From: Strigamia acuminata
Taxonomy: Eukaryota
Direction: 5' to 3'
NCBI GenBank assembly: GCA_949358305.1
Contig: OX442314.1
Span: forward strand, 10,664,001-10,728,000
Length of the DNA stretch: 64,000 nucleotides
Notes under the pieces: generated by a model
The model's input: the letters and a program-made list of their open reading frames with translations, nothing else
Databases searched by the model: none
Told to the model about the DNA's origin: nothing
Shown: one piece after another, positions 1-12,362 of the stretch
Layout: every line of letters begins with the position of its first letter
Position numbering within the stretch: position 1 is the first letter of the stretch
Translations under genes and position numbers: made by a program

Positions 1-63
1 GGAGCTTTACCGCAGCTTTTCTTCCTGAAACCTCAAAAAAAACCAAAAAAAACTAGCTCTCAC

Positions 64-978
64 CTTCGCCAATCTCGCTCTTTTAATCAAATCATTTAAT
101 TTCCTGAGCGCAGCATTCCGCGGCAACGACTGAATATCATTAAACAAATCCATCTCTTCCGCCTCGAACAATTTCCTATTCATATCGTGGCACAACGGCT
201 GGTCCCAGAACGACCCGATATAAACCCTCGCCACTTCAGGCGTGTTCAAAACCTTCCCCAGCGACCACATAAGCGCTCCGTAGACCCTCATGAGCTGCTG
301 ATGATCAATCATATCCGCCTTGTTCAAAATAATGCGAATCTTGTCGTCGTGGCCGCGCAGCGCTTCGATACTCCGCCGAAACTCGTCCGAAATGTCCAAC
401 TTGTGCGCATCGAACAGTAAAATAATACGATCGACCCTCTCGGCGAACCACTCGAGGACCCCGGTGAAGTCGTAACCTCTGTCCACCCGCTGTTTCTCCC
501 CGGAAAGGATCCCGGGCGTGTCGACGATCGTGATGCTCTGCAGGACGGGCGAGTTGACCGTCGAGCATTGGAATCGGTTGAGGAAAGCGTTGCCGAACTT
601 GGCTAGCGGTCGGAATTGACGTTTGGGGTCCACGACGAGCGCGTTGCCCGGAATGACGCCTTCTTGCTCGCCGCCCATGACCGTGATGAAGCGATCGGTC
701 GTCGGTTCGGGCCCGATTCGGATGCCGGGGAATTCGCGCTCGAGAAGGTAGCGGATGAAGGTCGTTTTGCCGGTGGAGTACTGGCCGACGAGGAGGATCA
801 TGGGCTTGGCGTCGAAGTCGGGGTCGTCGAGTTGGGGCGAGTGGAATTCGTGGAAGTTGTGGTACTCTTCGAGGGGAAGGAGTTTGGATTTGTACACCTT
901 TTTCAGACCTTCTGCCACGTTGGCGTACACTTCGGGGGTCTTCTTGCGACTTTCGTCTTTGTTCAGCCAGCTAAACAT
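64..978 (-). CDS. EHD1: EH domain-containing protein (EHD1/Past1/RME-1 family dynamin-like ATPase), first coding exon; the gene continues beyond the left edge of the window
   Basis: The translation has the EHD hallmarks MFSWL, P-loop [27 protein letters not shown] and NKAD. Similarity ends at ...KRARLAK, followed directly by a GT donor (GTGAGA at 63-58). The remaining ORF-track residues are intronic. Confidence 0.95.
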
Positions 979-1655
979 GGTGGTGGTTCTGTCCGGGGTT
1001 TTCTCGTGCTAGATTTGGGTGAGTTTTTCGCGTTATTTTGCTGGTTTTTAAAGGAATAGTTGGATACAACTCACGATATAACTTCGGTAGGTGGAGAGAG
1101 ATTATTTCATGACGTTGTTGTAGGATGCGGAGGGGGCGCTCTGGTGGGAGATTTTGGAGGTGGAGAAATGTTGGATCGAAATTTGATAAAACATGTAAAT
1201 TTGTTGGGAAAATAAACTAAAATAATTTATTTTGAAACTGTAGAATTATTTTAAAAAAATTTATTAATTAAGAAACGACGATTTTTTGGAAAAATTTGTT
1301 ATTTTTTTAAATTATTTTTAAAAATTTTTAAAAGATTTTTGTATTATAAAACGTTAAATATACGGTGTACTTTTTTTTTCATTCGTTTTTTTTTCCTCGT
1401 TTTAAGCGAGTTTGACTTTTAAAAGTATAAATTGTTCATTCATTTCGTTTTATTTCGTAAAAATTTGATAATTTTCTCGCTAGAAGTCAGGAGTGGTCCC
1501 ACCCTCGAATTTAATCTGGGCAGAGTGATGTCATATGTTTTGGTTATTGGTTGGTGCTTGTTGTCCTTTCCACGAAAAACCAAGCTTTAATTCGTCATCA
1601 AACGTCCATATCTCTCTACCAAACACCCCTCGGTCGCCATTCCGAACACCAAACA
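979..1655. promoter_or_regulatory. Shared divergent promoter/5' UTR region of EHD and YPEL5
   Basis: The two start codons point away from each other and are 931 bp apart, with an AT-rich core at ~1190-1470. The TSS positions cannot be determined from sequence. Confidence 0.55.
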
Positions 1656-1840
1656 GTGAGTAATCCTCAAAAACCCCAATAAACAACGCCGTATCCAAAA
1701 AACAAACAAATCCCCGACCGATCAGCTGTGCTAATCTAGGTTATCTCTCATTTCCTTTGTCACCGAGTCACAAAACTCCATTTTGTGTCTCTGTCACGCC
1801 GAATTTTAACCTAACTAATCAATTTTTACTCCCAAAACAG
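1656..1840 (+). other. Probable 5' UTR intron of YPEL5
   Basis: Donor GTGAGT at 1656, branch-like CTAAC/CTAAT at ~1811-1819 and acceptor ACAG at 1837-1840, 68 nt upstream of the ATG. Confidence 0.65.
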
Positions 1841-1908
1841 GTCTATCGGTGCGAAAAATCGAATTCGAGCGAAAAAAGACGGGAAGAAAGACTGAAAAAC
1901 GAGGCAAA

Positions 1909-2268
1909 ATGGGTCGAATATTTCTGGATCACCTTGGCGGAAGTCGGTTGTTTTCGTGCGCGAGTTGTGACACGATTTTGACGAACAGAGCCGAACTAAT
2001 CAGCACACGTTTCACCGGTGCCACGGGCCGTGCCTTTCTCTTCAACCGAGTTGTCAACTTGAATTACAGCGAAGTCCAGGACCGAGTGATGCTCACGGGC
2101 CGACACATGGTCCGCGACGTGTCGTGCAAGAATTGCGACTCGAAGCTCGGATGGGTGTACGAATTCGCCACCGAAGAGACGCAGCGGTATAAGGAAGGAC
2201 GAGTTATATTGGAACGAGCGCTGGTCACCGAGAGCGACGGCATCGAAGAGCACATGGGCGATGACTGA
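1909..2268 (+). CDS. YPEL5: Protein yippee-like 5 / Yippee (119 aa, uninterrupted CDS)
   Basis: [20 protein letters not shown]...[11 protein letters not shown]...[27 protein letters not shown] matches YPEL5, with two CxxC zinc ligands. The ATG at 1909 has an AAAATG context. AATAAA lies at 2500-2505. Confidence 0.95.
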   Translation: MGRIFLDHLGGSRLFSCASCDTILTNRAELISTRFTGATGRAFLFNRVVNLNYSEVQDRVMLTGRHMVRDVSCKNCDSKLGWVYEFATEETQRYKEGRVILERALVTESDGIEEHMGDD

Positions 2269-2900
2269 CACATTGTTTCGTTGCACGAGTTGATGATTAC
2301 GTGAAGGAAACGTCTATGTTTGTGTTCGTAAATGGATGTTGGGATTATTTTAAGTGGTCAAGTTATTGATTTAAGCTTTTTGTGATGAGTTTTGTGTTGA
2401 ATTTGGGCCTAAAACGAGTTATTTTTGGATATTACTCAGGAAAATGGGCTTTTTTTCGTTGCGTTTGTTTTTGTTTTATATTTAATTTGATGGATTTGTA
2501 ATAAATGGAAATGTTAAATGGATTTTTCTAATTTTTTTTTATTTTTTTTTTTTTTTTTTTTTTTTATTTTTTGGGTTTTGATTGATTTTGTACATATAAG
2601 TCATGTTTAGTTTTGTAACAACTCACATTTTATACTACTCATCTCGCCTTGTAGTTATCGGCTACTCAGGGTGGAATATCACGTTCTTTTGAGTGAAATA
2701 TTTAAGTATTTCTGCGCTATTAAGTGCATGCGGTAATGCGGTGAAACTACAGTTTGGAATACTAGATAATTCTTCGTTTTTAAAGTTTAATAAAATACCT
2801 AAGGAGTGTTAATCGGTTGTTTTAATAATTCCATCTGGTTTTTCACTTGTTATAATTGAATGTTTATATATTTGTGTCAGTTATAATTTTTTTTTTAAAT

Positions 2901-3689
2901 TACCGTAAAGCTCCGAATAAAAGTCTGGAAATTTAATCTTTGACCACCCAGGCGCCTATTTGGACCCAGACGGTTGTTTGAGCCGGGTGGTTTTTAACAA
3001 AATCAAGGATTTTCCACAACAAAATCGGTGATTTTTCATAAAAATTGGTGATTTTTCAAAAAAATTGGTAATTTTTCATAAAAATTGGTGATTTTTCATA
3101 AAAATTGGTGATTTTTCATAAAAATTGGTGATTTTTCATAAAAATTGGTGATTTTTCATAAAAATTGGTGATTTTTCATAAAAATTGGTGATTTTTCATA
3201 AAAATTGGTGATTTTTCATAAAAATTGGTGATTTTTCATAAAAATTGGTGATTTTTCATAAAAATTGGTGATTTCATAAAAATTGGTGATTTTTCATAAA
3301 AATTGGTGATTTTTCATAAAAATTGGTGATTTTTCATAAAAATTGGTGATTTTTTCATAAAAATTGGTGATTTTTACAACAAAATCTGTTATTTTTATAA
3401 AAATTGGCGATTTTTACAACAAAATTGGCGATTTTTCTAACAAAATCGATGATTTTTCATAAAAATTGGCGATTTTTCTAACAAAATCGATGATTTTTCA
3501 TAAAAATTGGCGATTTTTCTAACAAAATCGATGATTTTTCATAAAAATTGGTGATTTTTACAACAAAATCGATGATTTTCATAAAAGTTGGTGATTTTTT
3601 TTTTACCGATTTCAGTCATTTTGTGACTCGGAGCTTAAATGGGCAAAGGCCACAAGAAAGACCAGGCCAGAATTCGGAGCTTTATGGAA
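2901..3689. mobile_element. MITE with TACCGTAAAGCTCCGAAT termini carrying an internal 20-bp satellite
   Basis: Left end TACCGTAAAGCTCCGAAT (2901) and right end ATTCGGAGCTTTATGGAA (to 3689) are near-inverted repeats. Related ends occur at 1-12, 7391-7397, 24660-24677 and 58579. Confidence 0.7.
3020..3600. repeat. 20-bp tandem array (AAAATTGGTGATTTTTCATA)n
   Basis: A directly visible tandem array. Sister arrays occur at ~7080-7320 and ~24090-24590. Confidence 0.95.
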
Positions 3690-4099
3690 TTCGTATTAAA
3701 ATGGACTTCCGAGACCCGTTTGAACTCCAATTTGAATTTCTCTCTCAGTAGATATCGGGTCCGTGCTGTGTCGCTGGACTTTATCTCGAATAACATAATT
3801 AAATATTCAAATTATTTTCATTTTTCGTTGCGAATTTATTTTTGTAGTTGAGTAACCACCAGTAGAAACAAGAAAAGAAATTTGAATCCGATTTTCTGTG
3901 CATTTGTTGATGTATAAGAATTATTACAAATAAATTTTAAATAAATAAAAAATAAAACCCGAAATTCGATCCCAAATCATTAAAAAAAAAAACACCCAAA
4001 AATAAAACAAAACAAAACAAAACAAAAACCACACAAATTTATAATAAAATTTATTTTATTTTATTGCTATTATACTGTTCGATAAAATTTTGTATTTTT

Positions 4100-4775
4100 G
4101 CGAATTTTTACTGAAAATTTTGTGAAATTTTACCACTTTTTAATTGATTTTTGAAATTTTACCATTTTTTGATTGATTTTGGTGAAATTTTACCATTTTT
4201 TAATTGATTTTGGTGAAATTTTACCATTTTTCAATTTATTTTTGTGAAATTTTACCACTTTTCAATTCATTTTGCTGAAATTTTACTATTTTTCACCTGA
4301 TTTTGATGAAATTTTACCATTTTTCAATTGATTTTGGTGAAATTTTACCATTTTTTAATTGATTTTGGTGAAATTTTACCTCTTTTCAATTCATTTTGCT
4401 GAAATTTTACCATTTTTCACCTGATTTTGATGAAATTTTACCATTTTTCAATTGATTTTGATGTAATTTTACCATTTTTTAATTGATTTTGGTGAAATTT
4501 TACCTCTTTTCAATTCATTTTGCTGAAATTTTACCATTTTTCACCTGATTTTGATGAAATTTTACCATTTTTTAATTGATTTTGATGTAATTTTACCATT
4601 TTTTAATTGATTTTGGTGAAATTTTACCATTTTTCACCTGATTTTGATGAAATTTTACCATTTTTTCAATTTATTTTGGTAAAATTTTACCATTTTTTGA
4701 TTGATTTTGATGAAATTTTACCATTTTCCAATTTAATTTGGTGAAATTTGACCATTTTTCAACTGAGTTTTAATT
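4100..4775. repeat. ~31-bp degenerate tandem array (TTTTGGTGAAATTTTACCATTTTTTAATTGA)n
   Basis: GAAATTTTACC recurs at ~31-bp spacing. Confidence 0.9.
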
Positions 4776-5029
4776 GATTTTTTCCTCGTACGGTAAATCA
4801 TTCTTCCTGCTCGGTGCTAAATCTTCATTTTCATTCAAAACGCGAAATATATCGAAATATATCGAACAATAAATCTTGTCAATATTTTGTCAAATATTTT
4901 TTGGCAAATTTCTACAAATTTTTGACAAATTTCTACAACTTTTTGTCAAATTTCTACAAATTTTTGGCGTATTTCTACAAATTTTTGGCAAATTTCTACA
5001 AATTTTGACCATTTTGAACAAAATCGTAG

Positions 5030-5765
5030 CCTAACGTGCCCTAACCTAACGTGCCCTAAACCTAACCTAACCCAACTTAACGCGCCCTAACCTAACGTGC
5101 CCTTAACCTAACCTAACTTAAGGTGTCCTAACCTAACTTGCCCTTAACCTAACCTAACTTAATGTGTCCTAACCTAACGTGCCCTTAACCTAACCTAACT
5201 TAACGTGCCCTAACCCAACTTGCCCTTAACCTAACCTAACTTAATGTGCCCTAACCTAACGTGCCCTTAACCTAACCTAACTTAACGTGCCCTAACCCAA
5301 CTTGCCCTTAACCTAACCTAGCTTAACGTGCCCTAACCTAACGTGCCCTTAACCTAACCTAACTTAAGGTGCCCTAACCTAACTTGCCCTTAACCTAACC
5401 TAACTTAATGTGTCCTAACCTAACGTGCCCTTAACCTAACCTAACTTAACGTGCCCTAACCCAACTTGCCCTTAACCTAACCTAACTTAATGTGCCCTAA
5501 CCTAACGTGCCCTTAACCTAACCTAACTTAACGTGCCCTAACCCAACTTGCCCTTAACCTAACCTAGCTTAACGTGCCCTAACCTAACGTGCCCTTAACC
5601 TAACCTAACTTAACATGCCCTAACCTAACTTGCCCATAACCTAACCTAACGTGCCCATAACCTAACATAACTTAACCTAACCTAACGTGCCTTTACGTAA
5701 TCTAACCTAACGTGCCCTTAACCTAACGTAACGTAACATAACCTAACGTGCTTTAACGTGCCTTA
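5030..5765. repeat. 41-bp satellite built from CCTAA (TTAGG telomere-type) pentamers
   Basis: Unit CCTAACCTAACGTGCCCTTAACCTAACCTAACTTAA(C/T/G)GTG(C/T). A diagnostic variant recurs at 246 bp (G at 5321 and 5567). A shorter copy lies at 6340-6415. Confidence 0.9.
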
Positions 5766-6049
5766 AAAATTCACAAAATTTCTCTTATTAATCTCTCAAT
5801 TCTTGCAACTCCTTAGATAGCCGTTAGTTGAGTTGCCACGGCAATCCCCTTTCTCACTTTGACCCCTTCCTTCCAAATTTGCCCCTTCCTTTACACCTTT
5901 CTCAATGACTTTGTCGGTTACCGCGCAGCAACAATTCCAAAAACGAGATAGATCAACTGCTCAAATGAGATGACATGAAAATTCAAAGAATTAAAATTCA
6001 AGAAAACAAATCAAACTTTATTCATTTATAAATTTGGGCTCAAATTTTG

Positions 6050-6225
6050 ACCAAATTCTCCATTTTCTTGATAAATTTAGACCAAATTCTCCATTTTCTT
6101 GATAAATTTAGACCAAATTCTCCATTTTCTTGATAAATTTAGACCAAATTCTCCATTTTCTTGATAAATTTAGACTAAATTCTCCATTTTCTTGATAAAT
6201 TTAGACCAAATTCTTAATTTTCTTG
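6050..6225. repeat. 31-bp tandem array (TTAGACCAAATTCTCCATTTTCTTGATAAAT)n
   Basis: About five near-perfect copies are visible. Confidence 0.9.
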
Positions 6226-6672
6226 AAAAATCTTGAGAAATCGTGCAATATCTTAAGAAATCGTTCAAAATCGTTTAAAATCGTTCAAAATCGTTTAAAA
6301 TCTTGATAAATCGTTCAAAAACTTTTTGAACAAAATCGTAACCTAATGTGCCCTTGTGCCCTTAACCTAACGTGCTCTTAACCTACCCAAACGTGGTCTT
6401 GCCTTAACGTAACGTATTTTTTATTGTAAGAATGTGATTGCACAGTAATTTTTCTAACTTTGCTGCACATCTAATCCACGTTTTTCCACTTAATTTTGTA
6501 CAATCTTTGAAAATTTTTGCTTTCTCAAATTTCTTTCTTTCTTTCTTTATTTAGCACAAAAAAAATTCACAAAATTTCTCTCTGATCTCTCAATTCTTCC
6601 CACGGCAACCCCTTCCTTTCTTTTCCCAATTTCTCCCTTTCCCCCTTTCCCTTTCTGTCGTCATCCGCTTCT

Positions 6673-7397
6673 CATTTTTCTCAGTTGTGTAACGTTTCGG
6701 GTTTTAGAGTTGCCCATCCTCCAACCGCTTCGCTTCGCTTCTCTTCTCTTCGAGAATGCACTGGGCGGCATATTTGGAGAGGAAATTACCGAGGGTTTCG
6801 TTCGAGGTAGAAGGCAGAAAAACATGAACGAAGCGCACGAAATAAACTCGTAAACAAAATGTAACTGACGATCCGATCCGATCCGATCCGATCGCCGTTC
6901 CAATCCAAGCGTGGAAAATTAAATATATTTATTTTCCCGACGAACGTGAGTATTTTTTTCTTTTTCAATTTATTTCATTTTAGTACGAAACACGTACTTA
7001 AATCTCGTGCTTAAATAATTAAAATGAATACTATTTACACCGGATCAAGATTGATGTTACGCCACATGGCATATAAACAACAAAATTGGCGATTTTTACA
7101 ACAAAATTGGTGATTTTTTACAAAAATTGGTGATTTTTCCCCAAAATTGGTGATTTTTCACAAAAATTGGTGATTTTTCACAAAAATTGGTGATTTTTCA
7201 CAAAAATTGGCAATTTTTACAACAAAATCGATGATTTTCATAAAAATTGGTGATTTTTACAACAAAATCGATGATTTTCATAAAAATTGGTGATTTTTAC
7301 AACAAAATCAGTGATTTTTTTTACCAATTTCAGTCATTTTGTGACTCGGAGCTTAAATGGGCAAAGGCCACAAGAAAGACCAGGCCAGAATTCGGAG
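6673..7397 (+). repeat. Direct duplicate of 23658-24666
   Basis: Near-identical unique sequence, including a (GATCC)n microsatellite, a GTGAGT donor-like site, the 20-bp array and the right end of the 2901-3689 MITE family. Confidence 0.9.
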
Positions 7398-7603
7398 TGA
7401 AGATATATAAACACCATATAGCACGATTCTAATCACTGATCACAGATAAGTTCTTAATTGAGTGTATTACAAGTAAGTTCGTAGGCTTGCACCAGATAGT
7501 CGATATACTATTGACTTAATTAAACAAGTCATTAAATTTTGGACAGATTATGTAGAAAGGTCGTGTGAACTTGACCCAATAAAACGAGAAGTGTATATTA
7601 AAT

Positions 7604-9868
7604 TTACAAAATGAATTTATCAATGATTAGTTCAAATACACCAATAATCAATGACATTAAAATCCCGCCCATTAAGATTATAAAAGGTCCAATTATTTGA
7701 CCAAACGAAACTGGATTAAAATGATCTACTAAACATTCTGGCGGCTTGGGGTAGAAATGTTGATATTCAACGGATAAGATTCCATACTCCTTCAATAATA
7801 AGATTCTGTTTGAGAAAACATTTCAATTTTTGTTTGCTAATTTAATTTAATTTAATTTGTTTACTTGCGATTGAAATAATCCATGTAGCCAAATTGTCTT
7901 GAATATGCCAACGATATAGGTCGTCTCCTCACAAAATGAGATGCAACAGCAAAACTGCAATTACCATAAATAAAATTTCGTGCCGAAATGAATCCAAATT
8001 TCCCACCATATGCCAACTCAATTCCATCACGACGAGTACGAACTTTCAAAACAGCCTTATTTTCGTACGATGGTTTCTATTAAAAATAAATTTTATAAAA
8101 TTAAGCAAATAAAAATTGTATTGTTATATACTTTGAATATTTCTTCAACACTACTGCCTTTGATTATCGCTGGCCAATATTCTGTATTTTCTAACATGTC
8201 GTCAAGGGAGGAAAAAGGAACTTTGATGTCCATTGTTGCAAGCAAAGAAGTTAATGTGGAATTGTAACTAATACATAGCAGCATCGAAAATGTGATATAG
8301 ATCACAAAGACAATTTTCATGGACTTCAATGAAAAAGTATTGAAATTTCCTAAATCATAGTGAAGGCAAAGATATCAATTTTTTTCGATCAATTTCCTGT
8401 AAATACGGAACAAACCTTGTATCACAATTGGCCAACAAAGCAGGACATTGTTAATTGAATTTAAAAAACAACTCTGATAATGTTTTATGCTTGATAAACG
8501 ACTTGCTAATACACTGATGAAAATAACCATCAAGCTTGTCGCAAATACGCACAGCCACATTTCCATATTGAACTGTTGCAAATAGAAACCGTAATTCCAT
8601 TCGCGCTGATCTAATTTTCTATACAAAATTTCATACACCCATGGATACAATTGCGGTGAGAAGTTTACGTAGTCTTTTCGCTGTCTGGTCATGGTAAGCC
8701 CATTAGAAACGTCGGCCGTCTAAACAAAAGGAGAATTAATTTAAAATTCCAAATATCAATTTATTAGCTAATGATCTGTAATACACACCCCTTGTGTAAG
8801 ATCACCTATCAACCCTGTCCAGCTTCCATTTATGAAGGCTCCAGTTTGACCATATTTGTTCCAAATGATTTTAAAACTTGCAAGTTTTCAGACATTTATA
8901 CAATCAATTGGTTGATATAAGTAAATAAGTTCAATCGTTGATCATATTTTACCTTGTATTAAATTGAGCTTTAAAAATGTTGAAAACTTCTCCAAAAAAA
9001 ACTTCCTAATATCAGTGATTTATTTACGTAAGTTAATCAAATTGCTGGTGGAACCTATAGCAAAAACATTTAAAAAGTAAGCCTGTTTCATATAAATGTG
9101 TCTTACTTACGTCAATGACTGTTAATCTTATTTCTTTTCCCAAAAGCTGAATCTGTCCGTCTTCTTGGACAGTTCTAATCTTTTTTTCACCACTTTCAGA
9201 ATCCACACTTAAAAATTAATCATTTTGAATATAACTTACAGATTGGTTATCACAACTTAGTTGTAACAAAGATTTTCTTGCATCAATTCTTTGCCATTTG
9301 TATCCCAAATACTGAAATTCGTTCTGCAATATAGAACATTTAATGATACAGTAAGAGAAAGTTTCTGCACTAATATAACCGAATGAAAATGAATTATAAA
9401 TGCACAACAAAAAACTAAAATAGTATTTTATCAATACCATCATCATCAACAAATGTTTTATTAACTGTTTCCTGCTTAGTTAGAAAAGCCCTCGTATAGT
9501 AGCCGCTCGAGGGCGGCTACAAAACGAGGGCGGCTCTTAATCGAGAAAATACGGTTTCTTTTTCACAATGTTATCAATACCTTACCTCGGAATTACTTTT
9601 CAAAAAATCGCCTGAAAGCAAGAGTGAAATTATAATTAAACACTATACCAGTATACAGTGTATATATGCCCATTTACCATTGTTCGAAATCAGAGTTACA
9701 CTAGCACATTTGGTTGTGTAGAATTGTACATTTTTGGTCTTATTGTAACCAATGCAACATACTGGAACAGAGAATTTGGCTGTTTATTTTGTGTCATTTT
9801 CTTTTATATTTAAAACGGTTTAACTTACGTGTTTGGAGCGAAACGATTACGAGTACAAGAAGATACAT
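7604..9868 (-). pseudogene. Divergent ionotropic receptor (IR, variant iGluR chemoreceptor) gene, probably pseudogenised
   Basis: Phase-compatible GT-AG exons: 9868-9829 and 9761-9678 (signal-peptide-like MYLLVLVIVSLQTLCC), 9611-9586, less certain exons at ~9470-9240, 9152-9111 (LLGKEIRLTVID), 9054-8953, 8876-8789 (GSWTGLIGDL), 8719-8416 (ADVSNGLTMTRQRKDYVNFS, M1), 8349-8132 (M3 SYNSTLTSLL), 8076-7865 and 7805-7604 (LKEYGIL, M4). Exon 9054-8953 has an in-frame TGA (9039-9037) and one extra base in a T8 run (8994-9001). Confidence 0.8.
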
Positions 9869-10147
9869 TACGGGCCCTTTAAGTAAGCTATTACCCCGGT
9901 AGTACAATAGTTTTTTCAGTCCCTTTGTTTTTTTGCCAAGTATGGAGAAAGATGTCTATACTGTAAAAACTGGCATTTTAGTTATAAGCGGAGACATACG
10001 ATTTCGAGCGGAATGAGACGTTGACGTGCGGAGAAGCCAACTTTCAGCAGGAGTTTTGAACAATAACGAATGACGCGCAACAGGAAGTCGGCGTAAAGTG
10101 TCACAAATTATGCTAAATTCTTCTTTGTTCCCTTGAATATTGATATG

Positions 10148-11654
10148 TAAAGCTGCTATTTTTGCGGAAAATAAAATTTGTTTAAAATGTTTCCAAACTT
10201 GCGGATAGGTCAAATGGAGCATTTTAACACCAAATTTTTTGCATTTGAAGGTGCTTTTTGGTCCGCAATTTCCGCAATTTGACCGTTGTACCGCAATTTT
10301 TGCGGAAATTCCGCAATTTGCCAATAATGGTCAATTATTGGCCAATAATGGGCCATTATTGGCAAATTTCGGGTTTGATAGTATTGCGTGATACGGTATC
10401 ACGTAATAATTTTGTTTAAAAACTTAAAATTATGTTTAAAAACTTAAAATTATGTTTAAAAACTTAAAATTATGTTTAAAAACTTAAAATTATGTTTAAA
10501 AACTTAAAATTATGTTTAAAAACTTAAAATTATGTTTAAAAACTTAAAATTATGTTTAAAAACTTAAAATTATGTTTAAAAACTTAAAATTATGTTTAAA
10601 AACTTAAAATTATGTTTAAAAACTTAAAATTATGTTTAAAAACTTAAAATTATGTTTAAAAACTTAAAATTATGTTTAAAAACTTAAAATTATGTTTAAA
10701 AACTTAAAATTATGTTTAAAAACTTAAAATTATGTTTAAAAACTTAAAATTATGTTTAAAAACTTAAAATTATGTTTAAAAACTTAAAATTATGTTTAAA
10801 AACTTAAAATTATGTTTAAAAACTTAAAATTATGTTTAAAAACTTAAAATTATGTTTAAAAACTTAAAATTATGTTTAAAAACTTAAAATTATGTTTAAA
10901 AACTTGAAATTATGTTTAAAAACTTAAAATTATGTTTAAAAACTTAAAATTATGTTTAAAAACTTAAAATTATGTTTAAAAACTTAAAATTATGTTTAAA
11001 AACTTAAAATTATGTTTAAAAACTTAAAATTATGTTTAAAAACTTAAAATTATGTTTAAAAACTTAAAATTATGTTTAAAAACTTAAAATTATGTTTAAA
11101 AACTTAAAATTATGTTTAAAAACTTAAAATTATGTTTAAAAACTTAAAATTATGTTTAAAAACTTAAAATTATGTTTAAAAACTTAAAATTATGTTTAAA
11201 AACTTAAAATTATGTTTAAAAACTTAAAATTATGTTTAAAAACTTAAAATTATGTTTAAAAACTTAAAATTATGTTTAAAAACTTAAAATTATGTTTAAA
11301 AACTTAACATTTTGTTTAAACACTTAAAATTATGTTTAAAAACTTAAAATTATGTTTAAAAACTTAACATTTTGTTTAAACACTTCAAATTTCGTTTAAA
11401 AACTTTAAATTTTGTTTTAAAACTTCAAATTTTGTTTTAAAACTTTAAAGTTCCTTTAAATACTTTAAATTTCCTTTAAAAACTTAAAATTTTCTTTAAA
11501 AACTTCAAATTTCGTTTAAAACCTTGAAATTTTGGTCAAAAACTTCCCGGATGAGCCCGCAATACGTCCGCAATACGTCCGCAAAATGGCAGTTTTTTGA
11601 TCCGCTTTCCGCCCGCAATTTCAATGTTTTTAGTCCGCAAAAATAGCAGGCTTA
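10148..11654. mobile_element. hAT-type MITE inserted in the 5' LTR, carrying a ~1.1 kb 20-bp satellite (AAAACTTAAAATTATGTTTA)n
   Basis: TIRs TAAAGCTGCTATTTTTGCGG and CCGCAAAAATAGCAGGCTTA. The 8-bp TSD TTGATATG lies at 10140-10147 and 11655-11662. The same site is uninterrupted in the 3' LTR. Confidence 0.9.
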
Positions 11655-11804
11655 TTGATATGTAAACCCCAAAAAGTTACAATAAACTTGTTCTCACATC
11701 AAAAAGACATGTTTTTATTGCTCGAATCCAGAAAGTTAGAAAATCAGTAAATACACACAGTTTTTGCTCAAAATTAATGAAAATCGACTTTGCGAATCTT
11801 CAAA

Positions 11805-11822
11805 TGGTGCCGAAACCCGGGA
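11805..11822 (+). promoter_or_regulatory. Primer binding site complementary to the 3' end of tRNA-Phe
   Basis: TGGTGCCGAAACCCGGGA is the reverse complement of the metazoan tRNA-Phe(GAA) 3' 18 nt (UCCCGGGUUUCGGCACCA). Confidence 0.9.
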
Positions 11823-11850
11823 GTTAGTTGAATCCGGACAGAAATAAGTA

Positions 11851-12308
11851 TACTCAAACTCACCATAAGAGACACACCACTAACAACAGTTCCTATTGGC
11901 CGAGCCCACCGGAAACTGTGGCCGAGCCTATTTACTCCTTACTGCTGCCTGTATTATTCTACCAGGAAAAGTAGGTTTGTTGTGATTTTTATTACTTTGT
12001 TTATTTTCGGTATTTGAAATGATGTAAATTGACTTATATGTAGTAATAAAATATTGTAAAAAGTCTGAAAGCAATGTGTTATGTTTTAACTTCTTCAAAT
12101 TACATGATTGTTTAGTTCGTTAAATTTATCGGTTGCTTTCTCCAGCTGGTTTTCAAATGTAAGATTGATTGTTATGTCTGGACACAAAATGGCTTCCCGT
12201 AACTCAAGCGTTTGTATTTTGGCCTACTTTTATGTAGCCCTACACCAGTGAATAGGCGGCCAATAGGAACTGTTGTTAGTGGTGTGTCTCTTATGGTGAG
12301 TTTGAGTA
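11851..12308. mobile_element. MITE with perfect 52-bp TIRs inserted in the BEL 5' leader
   Basis: 11851-11902 is the exact reverse complement of 12257-12308. TA flanks both sides. Confidence 0.85.
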
Positions 12309-12362
12309 TAGAAAACAGCATCGTAAAGCCGACCACGCCGAATTTTGACCGAAAATTTCAAG

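Noticed and set aside
7..63. C-terminal tail [18 protein letters not shown] of the EHD ORF
   Set aside because: It is intron read-through after the GT donor at 63.
1849..1908. N-terminal extension of YPEL5 in the ORF track
   Set aside because: It begins at a non-ATG codon. The conserved protein starts at MGRIF (1909).
10410..11545. Regular repeat arrays considered as CRISPR
   Set aside because: They are head-to-tail repeats with no unique spacers, no cas genes, and a eukaryotic context.
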